From a virus (lineage: Duplodnaviria; Caudoviricetes): DNA of 38,301 bases. Location of the stretch: positions 1 through 38,301 of IMG/VR virus record IMGVR_UViG_3300044641_003116; one strand, written 5' to 3'. Below the pieces are notes generated by a model. The model saw only the letters and a list, made by a program, of their open reading frames with translations, was not told the DNA's origin and ran no database searches. This document shows, piece after piece, positions 1 to 6,709 of the stretch (its first letter is position 1; every line of letters starts with the position of its first letter). Position numbers and translations under genes: made by a program.

Positions 1-277
1 GAGATGGGAATTGAGTCATAAACCCGCCGATATTAGTGGGCTTCGGCTTAGGTGCTCGCGTGTTAACCATCACGCCTTCACCGCCAGATCCAAGCGCGCC
101 GATTGAGCCAAGCGCCGTTTTAGGGGCCAACGGATTCATTGGATTGATTGTTTTATCAAGTCCCATGCGACGATATGCGGCTGTGCTGGCCTGATCTCCG
201 TCAGCCGAGTCGGCACGAACTGGCGCAGGCGTAGGCGGTGGCGCTTTGGGTTTCTGTGGTTTTGGACTGCCTCCCAT
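1..277 (-). CDS. Small Pro-rich protein preceding the portal gene; 3' end truncated by the window edge
   Basis: Not in the ORF track. ATG at 277 reads MGGSPKPQKPKAPPPTPAPVRADSADG... and stays open to the left edge. Small MGG..P-rich genes are typical just before podovirus portals. Confidence 0.7.
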   Translation of the reverse strand, partial: MGGSPKPQKPKAPPPTPAPVRADSADGDQASTAAYRRMGLDKTINPMNPLAPKTALGSIGALGSGGEGVMVNTRAPKPKPTNIGGFMTQFPS

Positions 278-286
278 AATTAAGCG

Positions 287-314
287 ATTCTCTCTCACTT
301 TTGAGAAGTCGCAA
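287..314 (-). promoter_or_regulatory. Putative promoter containing a TCTCA-N4-TGAGA palindrome
   Basis: Minus strand TTGCGA-N16-GAGAAT; perfect TCTCA-CTTT-TGAGA at 293-306; ends 9 nt before the ATG at 277. Confidence 0.5.
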
Positions 315-621
315 GCCTTTTTCTCAATCGTTGATATGGAATCCAATGCGGCTCTCCATTGTGCTCGCGGCAAAATCCTAGCCATTTGCGCTTGTCTTTT
401 AGCGGGTCAATGCTGACAAAATAATCAAGATTGCCCACGGCCAGCGTCACAAAAACGGCAAGCTCTGAGTAATCGCCGTAGTCTCGACTCGTATCAAACG
501 CGCAGATGAAACAGTCAGGCGAGCAAAAGACATAGCCGTCCGTCAGATGCTCTTTCATCATGTCGTTAAAGTTAATGCCTAGCTCTTTGGCTAGATCGTA
601 GGCTTCTTGAAATGGCGTCAT
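295..621 (-). CDS. Hypothetical protein, 108 aa
   Basis: Start reassigned to ATG 621 (MTPFQEAY), which forms an ATGA overlap with the stop of the upstream gene. Confidence 0.7.
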   Translation of the reverse strand: MTPFQEAYDLAKELGINFNDMMKEHLTDGYVFCSPDCFICAFDTSRDYGDYSELAVFVTLAVGNLDYFVSIDPLKDKRKWLGFCREHNGEPHWIPYQRLRKRLATSQK

Positions 622-914
622 TTCTTGAATCTGGGCTTGAAATTGTGCAGGCGATAGACCTGAACAGCGCTTTCGCTGCATTTCAGAATCTTAGAGATGG
701 CCCAGTTTGAATGCGTTTCCCAAGCTCGATCACTGATTTGTGGCAACTGCTCTTTAAGCCTCGTGCGTGTCGTCTTATCCGGCGCTCTTGGCAATCCTAG
801 TTTACGCCTGAACTTAGTGACTGTCTTTTCACAGCAACCAAGCTGCTTAGCGATTACCTCGTTTGTTTGGTTCCAATCGGTGACGGAGCTGAAATCTACT
901 GCGTTGTGTAACAT
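618..914 (-). CDS. Tandem helix-turn-helix DNA-binding protein
   Basis: Two similar HTH-like units, WNQTNEVIAKQLGCCEKTVTKFRR and WETHSNWAISKILKCSESAVQVYR; ATCATCAC leader. Confidence 0.7.
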   Translation of the reverse strand: MLHNAVDFSSVTDWNQTNEVIAKQLGCCEKTVTKFRRKLGLPRAPDKTTRTRLKEQLPQISDRAWETHSNWAISKILKCSESAVQVYRLHNFKPRFKK

Positions 915-936
915 GTGATGATGATGTGATGATGAT
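915..936. repeat. Tandem 11-mer (GTGATGATGAT)x2 filling the intergenic gap
   Basis: 915-925 and 926-936 are identical. Confidence 0.9.
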
Positions 937-2237
937 TAAGTCTGCTGCCATTCCTGGCGTCTGCGCGGCGATTCTGGACTATTGTATCCTGGAATCAAGC
1001 CCAACCTGTCAGCCTCTGCCATGGTTCGCACGCCATCGGCAACGTGAGACGCCCAGGTATGCAACGGAACATTACGAACAATGCCGCTCGATGAATCAGG
1101 CGCGGACTCGTAGGCCTTGAGTCCTTTAACGCCCATCTCACAAGCTGGAACGCGAAACTCAAACGTAGGCATTAGGCCCATGACGTAATCGACGCCTTGC
1201 CACACGTCAGGGATCACAGGCACGACGACGATGTTCTTGAATCCTGCCGCTATAGCATCGGATTCAAACGTGACGCCGTTGCGCTGCGTTTGGCGTGCAT
1301 CGTGCGGCATGAAGTGCTTTCCGTAGTTGTAACCCTTCGCGGCCATATGTGCGCATCGCTCCTGAATCGTTAAAGGCAGTCCAATATCGCAATCAATCCA
1401 TCGCCAGTGCCCAAATGCCGAGCGTTGACCATACCATACCGTCGTGTTGCGCGGCCCGCCAAGATCCCAAAACGTATGCACCGGCGATCTGCCATCAATC
1501 GGGAACTCGCCAATGCGTCCTTCCGCTGCTGCCGCTGTCATGTATCGGCCATAGATGGCGTTCTCGTTAGCAATGTTGAAGTCACAGTAGAACTCCTGCC
1601 TGATTAGCGGTTCAGACATTCCAGAGCGTCGCTCCTCGTCAATCTGTGCCAGCGTGATAGCTCCTGTATCCTCAACGCTGAGAACCTGGGTGAACCAAGA
1701 CTCGTTTGTCTTAGCCATTTTCAGCATGTCGAAAAAGTGGTTTTCTCCGCGTGGAGTGCCGTTGAACCAAGCGAAGCCGCCGTTTTCTGCCAGAATCGGG
1801 CGCGTGTAATCCCACGCCAGCGGATTCTGATTCTGAAACTCCGAGAACACGACGCCGTAATAGTTTCCGCCAACAACGTCGAGATTGTCAGTGCCCAGGA
1901 TCTGAATCGTGCTGCCGTTGATAAGCTCGATCCGCATGTCAGTCTGGTTTGGCGGTTTGGCGAGTAATTCCTTCGGTATGTGGTCAATGACGCGCATGGC
2001 GTTTGTCACGTCCACATTATGCCAGAGCGCCTTTCTGCCTAGCGCCGCAGTCGGAAAGTAATACGCATAATTTGCCCGCGTTTCAATTGCGCGAGTGACC
2101 AGCTTGTTAAAGCATAACTTGTCCTTACCTGCACGCCGATGAAACACCATCAGACAGCGTTTATGCGCGTCCATCGCCCGCCACATGGGAAGCTGATAGT
2201 CACGCGGGTTAAATCGGTGTGGAAGTTCAATGGTCAT
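936..2237 (-). CDS. terL: Terminase large subunit
   Basis: PRDYQ adenine-binding motif, Walker A HRRAGKD, Walker B-like GVVFSE, GTPRG coupling motif, nuclease motifs WDLG and SHVADG; likely start MTIELP at 2237. Confidence 0.95.
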   Translation of the reverse strand: MTIELPHRFNPRDYQLPMWRAMDAHKRCLMVFHRRAGKDKLCFNKLVTRAIETRANYAYYFPTAALGRKALWHNVDVTNAMRVIDHIPKELLAKPPNQTDMRIELINGSTIQILGTDNLDVVGGNYYGVVFSEFQNQNPLAWDYTRPILAENGGFAWFNGTPRGENHFFDMLKMAKTNESWFTQVLSVEDTGAITLAQIDEERRSGMSEPLIRQEFYCDFNIANENAIYGRYMTAAAAEGRIGEFPIDGRSPVHTFWDLGGPRNTTVWYGQRSAFGHWRWIDCDIGLPLTIQERCAHMAAKGYNYGKHFMPHDARQTQRNGVTFESDAIAAGFKNIVVVPVIPDVWQGVDYVMGLMPTFEFRVPACEMGVKGLKAYESAPDSSSGIVRNVPLHTWASHVADGVRTMAEADRLGLIPGYNSPESPRRRQEWQQT

Positions 2238-2347
2238 TACAATAAATAGATTTACCGCTCTAAAACTCCCCCGCGAATGCACAGAGGTTAACGCTGTTTT
2301 AGACTGTCCTTAGTAGGTCGGCTAGCGAACGCACGGCAAAAAGGGTT

Positions 2348-2734
2348 TCATAATTTGCGAATCACGATTTCAGTAGCGCCAGAATGCTCCACCTTTTCAG
2401 GAGCATAATGACCGGCGCCTTTGCCAATCTCTCGAAGCGCGCCGGTAGCTGCTGAAAAGTCGGCCACTTCCTCGGCAGACGCAGCAATTCTAGCCAGCCT
2501 TTCAAGCCATTTGTCCTTGGACATGTCAAACTTGCGGTCGGCTTTTTCGGCTACTTTTGCCCGCAATTCTTCAATCCTAGACATCACCTCAACACGATTA
2601 GCCAATCGAGGGCCGGCAGTTTCGGCTGATTCTGGCGTGCAATTCCAGCCATCACGATAAGCCTTAGCCGCTGGCGTGTTTAGCGCCACTGCTTGTGCAA
2701 ATGCTTCATGCTTAAGGTTTTTTAGTGCTGGCAT
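2348..2734 (-). CDS. terS: Terminase small subunit
   Basis: MPALKNLKHEAFAQ...AAKAY...RL...V..RIEEL pattern, C-terminal EKVEHSG, directly upstream of terL; start at 2734. Confidence 0.85.
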   Translation of the reverse strand: MPALKNLKHEAFAQAVALNTPAAKAYRDGWNCTPESAETAGPRLANRVEVMSRIEELRAKVAEKADRKFDMSKDKWLERLARIAASAEEVADFSAATGALREIGKGAGHYAPEKVEHSGATEIVIRKL

Positions 2735-2735
2735 A

Positions 2736-4010
2736 TCAATTAAAGTCTTCTCTGATTTCCTTAAAAGTAAAGGTAGGCCCTGAAAATGCCAGTGGAATTG
2801 TCCAATTGCGTGCGCCGCCTCGGTTCTTGTCACAATACAATGAGCGCTGAGTTTCGTCTGATACGCCATCAACCTCGACTTTTGAAATAATGAACACGCT
2901 ATCAGCATTCTGACCAATGGCCCGAGATTCGCGCAATTTACCGTAATCGTTTAGCTGTGAAGCTGTGAGGATGTGGCAACCGCTGCGACGTGCTGCATTC
3001 TTCATGCGTCTGGATACGCTAGAAACAATTTCTTCCCGAGTTGCGCCCTTGCGTCCCTCTTCCTCGAGTAACTGGAGATAATCGACAACGGCTAAATCGT
3101 AGCCCCCTTGTTCGATGTCGGCCAAGATGTCTGATGCCGTGGCATTGTCGGTGTCGATCAAATCACAACCTAGGTCTGAAAGCTCACGAATTGACCGCAT
3201 AAGCATATCCTGCTGACCTCGACTCATTAGGCCATTGTAAAGCGAGGCATTATCAACGCCGCTGTCTTCGCTCAATATTCGCAACGTCTGCTCTGTAATC
3301 GGCATTTCTAGCGAATACCAAGCCACTCTGGCGCCTGATCTCAGCGCATTTCTCGCGCAGTTTTGCATGATAGCGCTTTTACCGTCGGAAGGCAGGCCCG
3401 CAAATACAGTGACACGTCCTCTCTGAAGTCCTCCGCATTTCTTGTCCATCGTATCAAACCCAGTTGTGAATCCTGCTAATGCGCCCCCTTTGCTCATTCG
3501 TTCCTGGATCTCGTCCATCGTTTGATCCATTGCCGTTTTTAATGTTACCCGTGACAGTTTGCGGATTGTTGATTTTGCCACGGATTCCAGCGCTTCCTGA
3601 GCCTGCTCGATGGCGTTAGCGATGCTAATGCTTGAATCTTGGAATATAGCCAGTGCTTTGGAATGCGCCTCGATATGGCACCGAGCAAGATACTTGTCTT
3701 GAACAATGCGCTTGTATTGCAGGTAATGGACAGGCGACGGAACAAAACAAAAAAGCTCTGTGATATAAGCAGCTCCGCCAATTTGCTCAAGCTCTCCATT
3801 CTCCCTGAAATGATTGGCCAAAAGAATAGGGTCAATTGGCGTGCCTATGTCGTAAAGGGTAACAAGAGCGGTAAAAATACGTCTGTGCTTTTCAAGGTCA
3901 AAAGCTGAAACGCTGAGTGTATTTCTAGCCTCTCCGATTCGATTGACTGGATCTTGAAGAAAACATGAGAGAAGCGATGATTCAGCCTCATGTGATACTG
4001 GCATGTTCAT
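2736..4010 (-). CDS. dnaB: DnaB-like replicative helicase
   Basis: N-terminal EAESSLL...HRRIF, Walker A GLPSDGKS, SLEM, VVDYLQL, SQLN, LRESRAIGQNAD, KNRGG; ATGA overlap with upstream gene. Confidence 0.95.
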   Translation of the reverse strand: MNMPVSHEAESSLLSCFLQDPVNRIGEARNTLSVSAFDLEKHRRIFTALVTLYDIGTPIDPILLANHFRENGELEQIGGAAYITELFCFVPSPVHYLQYKRIVQDKYLARCHIEAHSKALAIFQDSSISIANAIEQAQEALESVAKSTIRKLSRVTLKTAMDQTMDEIQERMSKGGALAGFTTGFDTMDKKCGGLQRGRVTVFAGLPSDGKSAIMQNCARNALRSGARVAWYSLEMPITEQTLRILSEDSGVDNASLYNGLMSRGQQDMLMRSIRELSDLGCDLIDTDNATASDILADIEQGGYDLAVVDYLQLLEEEGRKGATREEIVSSVSRRMKNAARRSGCHILTASQLNDYGKLRESRAIGQNADSVFIISKVEVDGVSDETQRSLYCDKNRGGARNWTIPLAFSGPTFTFKEIREDFN

Positions 4011-4678
4011 AAGCATGATTGAGGGCGGATTGGTTGAGCTTTCGGTTTTGGTTTCTCGTCCTCGTATCGTTTTGAATTAAGGTAACTGGCAGGATATGGA
4101 ATGTATTGTCCTGAATCTTTAGTCCAGTCTTCAGACTTACGTTGCCAGTCTAAAGCATTAAGAACGGTAATGAGATCTGGTTTGATTTTGTTCCATGCTT
4201 TCAGAGCGTCTGATTTAGCGGTCTTTCTTGGGTATGCTATCCAGAATTCCTCAAAACCCTCTGGAGCCGAAGGCTTCTTTGAAGTGGAGTTTGTAATCAG
4301 AGACGGAGACGGAGACGGAGACGGAGAGCTATCGTTTGCCATAGTGTTTGCTAATGGCAAACCGATGGCTGTGCTATGGCTGTGCCATCGCTTTTCAGCG
4401 CCAGATTTCCCAGCTTTTGACTTTTCAGATCGATACTCGGCTTGTTTTTCACGCTCAAATTCAAGTCTGGCATTCTTGCCGTTTGGAAACTTCTGCAACG
4501 TGTCTGGTGTTACAGACGTGCCAGCGATACGGGCAAGTTTAGCGGGATCGTCTGGGATACATCCGCGACTCCACTGGTAGCAAAGAAGGCGAATGTAAGC
4601 GCCAACCTCCTCAGATGAAAGGTCACAGGTGCCGCCAATAAAATCGTCAGGGTAAAATTGGAATGCGGGAGGCTTCAT
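4007..4678 (-). CDS. Phage replication initiator (YdaU/DUF1376-like N-terminus)
   Basis: PAFQFYPDDF...LS.EE.GAY..LL..QW; C-terminal FEEFW.AYPRK..K and P.PASYLN..RYED; adjacent to dnaB. Confidence 0.85.
   Translation of the reverse strand: MKPPAFQFYPDDFIGGTCDLSSEEVGAYIRLLCYQWSRGCIPDDPAKLARIAGTSVTPDTLQKFPNGKNARLEFEREKQAEYRSEKSKAGKSGAEKRWHSHSTAIGLPLANTMANDSSPSPSPSPSLITNSTSKKPSAPEGFEEFWIAYPRKTAKSDALKAWNKIKPDLITVLNALDWQRKSEDWTKDSGQYIPYPASYLNSKRYEDEKPKPKAQPIRPQSCL
4300..4328. repeat. (GAGACG)x4 microsatellite encoding the SPSPSPSPS linker
   Basis: Four perfect hexamers at 4300-4323 plus a partial copy. Confidence 0.9.
4328..4390. promoter_or_regulatory. Candidate replication origin (iteron-like GCYAT/ATGGC array) inside the initiator gene
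   Basis: Inverted repeats GTTTGCCAT 4334-4342 / ATGGCAAAC 4354-4362 and CGATGGC 4363-4369 / GCCATCG 4384-4390; direct repeat ATGGCTGTGC at 4365 and 4376. Confidence 0.5.
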
Positions 4679-5799
4679 GTGGTTATTTCGAAGTAGGCTT
4701 TTACGAACTCCGCCGCGACTTGGGGAACGATTGCATTGCCGTAACCGCGCAGGCGCACCACTCGGGCGGGAATCCCATGAGCCAGCGGGAAAAATGCGGG
4801 TTCAGTTGGGATGCGTCGGGCTTTACCGTCTCGGCACTTGGCGAGTCTGTAATCAGTCCAAAAGCCTGCCGTGGCAGTTGATCCATTCTCGTTCTGTCTG
4901 AGCCGTCTGGGTTCACTCCGCTCGTTGATTGTCCCGCTGAGTCTTTCCAGTCGCGGCTGCTCGGTGTTGCCCATCCTGTCATCCCTGCTACCTGCTGACT
5001 CAGTGGTATTCCCGTATCTTGAGGTCGTGGCGGCATCACTCCTCTGCTCGCATCCGTCACTGTTGGCGAGCACCAGCCTGCGAGCTTCAAGGATTCCGTC
5101 TCTTTCTCGGTATTCGTATTTGTCGTCTTGCGTTGGGCCAGGGCATCCACATTCTGAATAGTCGATTCCGCAGATAGGGCAGTTTCCATCTTCATCACAT
5201 TCGCAGGAGTGGATGACTCGTTGCCAATCACTGTTTGAGCCACCGCTGCCAAGTTCGGCGTAAAGTCCGAGCGTGTCTGTGGCGAGTTCTTGTTTGCCAT
5301 TGGAGTTGGCCACCCAGTAGAGTCGTTGTCTGATGTGCGGTGCGCCAACGCTGTGTGCGCCCAATACGACCGACCCGCAGGCGTAGTTTTCAGATTCCAG
5401 GTCTGCCGATATTCCATCGAGCCAACCTTTGCCAATCGCGCTTGCAACTTGCTCCCCAAAGACATGCTCAGGGCGGCACTGGCGGATGAGATCGAAGAAG
5501 ACTGGCCAGAGGTGTCTTTCGTCTGCTTGGGCAAGTCCTTTGCCTGCGGTTGAGAAGGGTTGACAAGGGCAGCTTCCTGTCCAAACAGGTCGATCTGCTG
5601 GCCATCCTGCAAGCTGGAGTGCAAGGCTCCATCCGCCGATACCAGCGAAGAAATGGCATTGAGTGTAGCGCCGAAGTTCGTTGGGCTTAACTTCTGCAAT
5701 TGATCGCTCGTCCACATCTCCGGCTGGAATAAGTCCAGCTTTGATGAGTTCACGCAACCAAGCTGCAACTTTAGAGTCGTGTTCATTATAGTAATTCAC
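4675..5799 (-). CDS. DNA (cytosine-5) methyltransferase, main frame (motifs I-VIII and X; no recognisable motif IX)
   Basis: FFAGIGG (I), GSCPCQPFS (IV), EQV (VI), HIRQRLYWV (VIII), YGNAIV (X); GTG start. Confidence 0.92.
   Translation of the reverse strand: MNYYNEHDSKVAAWLRELIKAGLIPAGDVDERSIAEVKPNELRRYTQCHFFAGIGGWSLALQLAGWPADRPVWTGSCPCQPFSTAGKGLAQADERHLWPVFFDLIRQCRPEHVFGEQVASAIGKGWLDGISADLESENYACGSVVLGAHSVGAPHIRQRLYWVANSNGKQELATDTLGLYAELGSGGSNSDWQRVIHSCECDEDGNCPICGIDYSECGCPGPTQDDKYEYRERDGILEARRLVLANSDGCEQRSDAATTSRYGNTTESAGSRDDRMGNTEQPRLERLSGTINERSEPRRLRQNENGSTATAGFWTDYRLAKCRDGKARRIPTEPAFFPLAHGIPARVVRLRGYGNAIVPQVAAEFVKAYFEITT
4701..5786 (-). CDS. Overlapping alternative-frame methyltransferase polypeptide carrying motif IX and GW-x-[TS]P repeats; true start uncertain
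   Basis: 361 open codons in the +1 frame; ends LNPHFSRWLMGFPPEW; three repeats GWPTP, GWCSP, GWATP. Confidence 0.75.
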   Translation of the reverse strand: MNTTLKLQLGCVNSSKLDLFQPEMWTSDQLQKLSPTNFGATLNAISSLVSADGALHSSLQDGQQIDLFGQEAALVNPSQPQAKDLPKQTKDTSGQSSSISSASAALSMSLGSKLQARLAKVGSMEYRQTWNLKTTPAGRSYWAHTALAHRTSDNDSTGWPTPMANKNSPQTRSDFTPNLAAVAQTVIGNESSTPANVMKMETALSAESTIQNVDALAQRKTTNTNTEKETESLKLAGWCSPTVTDASRGVMPPRPQDTGIPLSQQVAGMTGWATPSSRDWKDSAGQSTSGVNPDGSDRTRMDQLPRQAFGLITDSPSAETVKPDASQLNPHFSRWLMGFPPEWCACAVTAMQSFPKSRRSS

Positions 5800-5934
5800 A
5801 AAAACAAAAATCCCTCAACTCTGCCGTCGAGTTGGAACGCGCCCAATGAAAAAGCGCCCCGACGGCAGGATTGAAGGATTAATGTTTGAATGATCATTGT
5901 ATAATTGCCGGAGGGTTCCAATCCTTTACCCGGC
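5800..5934 (-). ncRNA. C4/CI-like antisense RNA and terminator element with upstream a1/b1-like targets
   Basis: Long hairpin 5809-5880 exposing TCATTG and GTTCCAA, then TTTTTGTTTTT; complementary TTGGAAC (5915-5921) and CAATGA (5894-5899) upstream. Confidence 0.65.
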
Positions 5935-5939
5935 GTTTC

Positions 5940-5957
5940 AGTTTATCAGATTTGAGA
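5940..5957 (-). promoter_or_regulatory. Extended -10 promoter (TGA-TAAACT) overlapped by a TCTCA-N4-TGATA palindrome
   Basis: Minus strand TTTTCTCAAATCTGATAAACT, a few nt upstream of the structured leader. Confidence 0.55.
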
Positions 5958-5972
5958 AAATCAAAAAAACAA

Positions 5973-6344
5973 TTACCACGGAATTTCTCCGCCATCGTCT
6001 TCTAAGGGCGCGGAAGCAGCCTTTGCAACCTGCCGAGTCGGGCGAGCTTGCGATTGATGGCCTTCGTTTGACCATTCTTTGCCGTTGCCGATGATCGGCA
6101 GCTTAGCGGCTCCGCTTTCTCGCTCCTCTTTGGTTGATGGCTCAGCGACAAAGTGCGTGTTGCCGTAGTCGTCCTCGCCGTTCTTGTTGCTCACCGCCTC
6201 AAGGTTGAGATAAACCTTGCCATTTTGATGTGGCTTGGCCCTGCTCTTAGCAATGCGGATCACAACGCAATCCTCGCCTTTGATGGTTGCTTTGCATGCT
6301 CCCTGAAGTTGGAGCAGGTTGATTGAGATGTTTAGTTTTTTCAT
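5973..6344 (-). CDS. Putative single-stranded DNA-binding protein
   Basis: Beta-rich core (GKVYLNL, DDYGNTH, PIIGN) and acidic tail ending EDDGGEIPW; located in the recombination/replication block. Confidence 0.65.
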   Translation of the reverse strand: MKKLNISINLLQLQGACKATIKGEDCVVIRIAKSRAKPHQNGKVYLNLEAVSNKNGEDDYGNTHFVAEPSTKEERESGAAKLPIIGNGKEWSNEGHQSQARPTRQVAKAASAPLEDDGGEIPW

Positions 6345-6709
6345 GGTTTTAAGTAGTTAAGGATTTCTTCTTTTGCGGCATCAAAGCCTCGGCAGACCAC
6401 GACTAAATAGCCGTTATCCGACAACCTGCGATGCCATTCTTTCTGTGCCTGCGAGACGATGCCGCCTGTGACGCGCTTCATTTCGATGAACATTCCTGAA
6501 TAGCCATGGCGAGGAATCGCCAGAAACAAATCAGGAACGCCAGCTTTCAAACCTTCAGATTTCAACTTGCCTGCCTGCGCCTTTGAAACGTGCGCCCCGT
6601 TTGGCACCGAAAACAATGACGCAAGCTCGTGGATTGTTTTACTTTGGATCGTAGCCCAGGCCACTAACGCGCGTTGCTCAACGTGTTCGGAATATGACGG
6701 AGCTTTCAT
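6341..6709 (-). CDS. VRR-NUC domain nuclease
   Basis: SEH.EQ, VPNG, G.KAGVPDL, FIEMK, S..QKEW; start 6709 via TGATG overlap. Confidence 0.9.
   Translation of the reverse strand: MKAPSYSEHVEQRALVAWATIQSKTIHELASLFSVPNGAHVSKAQAGKLKSEGLKAGVPDLFLAIPRHGYSGMFIEMKRVTGGIVSQAQKEWHRRLSDNGYLVVVCRGFDAAKEEILNYLKP

Noticed and set aside
322-336. TCTCA-N5-TGATA as another operator copy
   Set aside because: Wrong spacer length plus one mismatch
2281-2340. Twister-like TAACGCT...AGCG pattern on the plus strand
   Set aside because: No 3' GAGG-type pseudoknot partner is present, and G-U pairing favours the minus strand
2735-2917. Long N-terminal extensions given by the ORF track (terS here, and several other genes)
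   Set aside because: They overlap upstream genes; downstream ATGs with stop/start coupling or the ATCATCAC leader fit better
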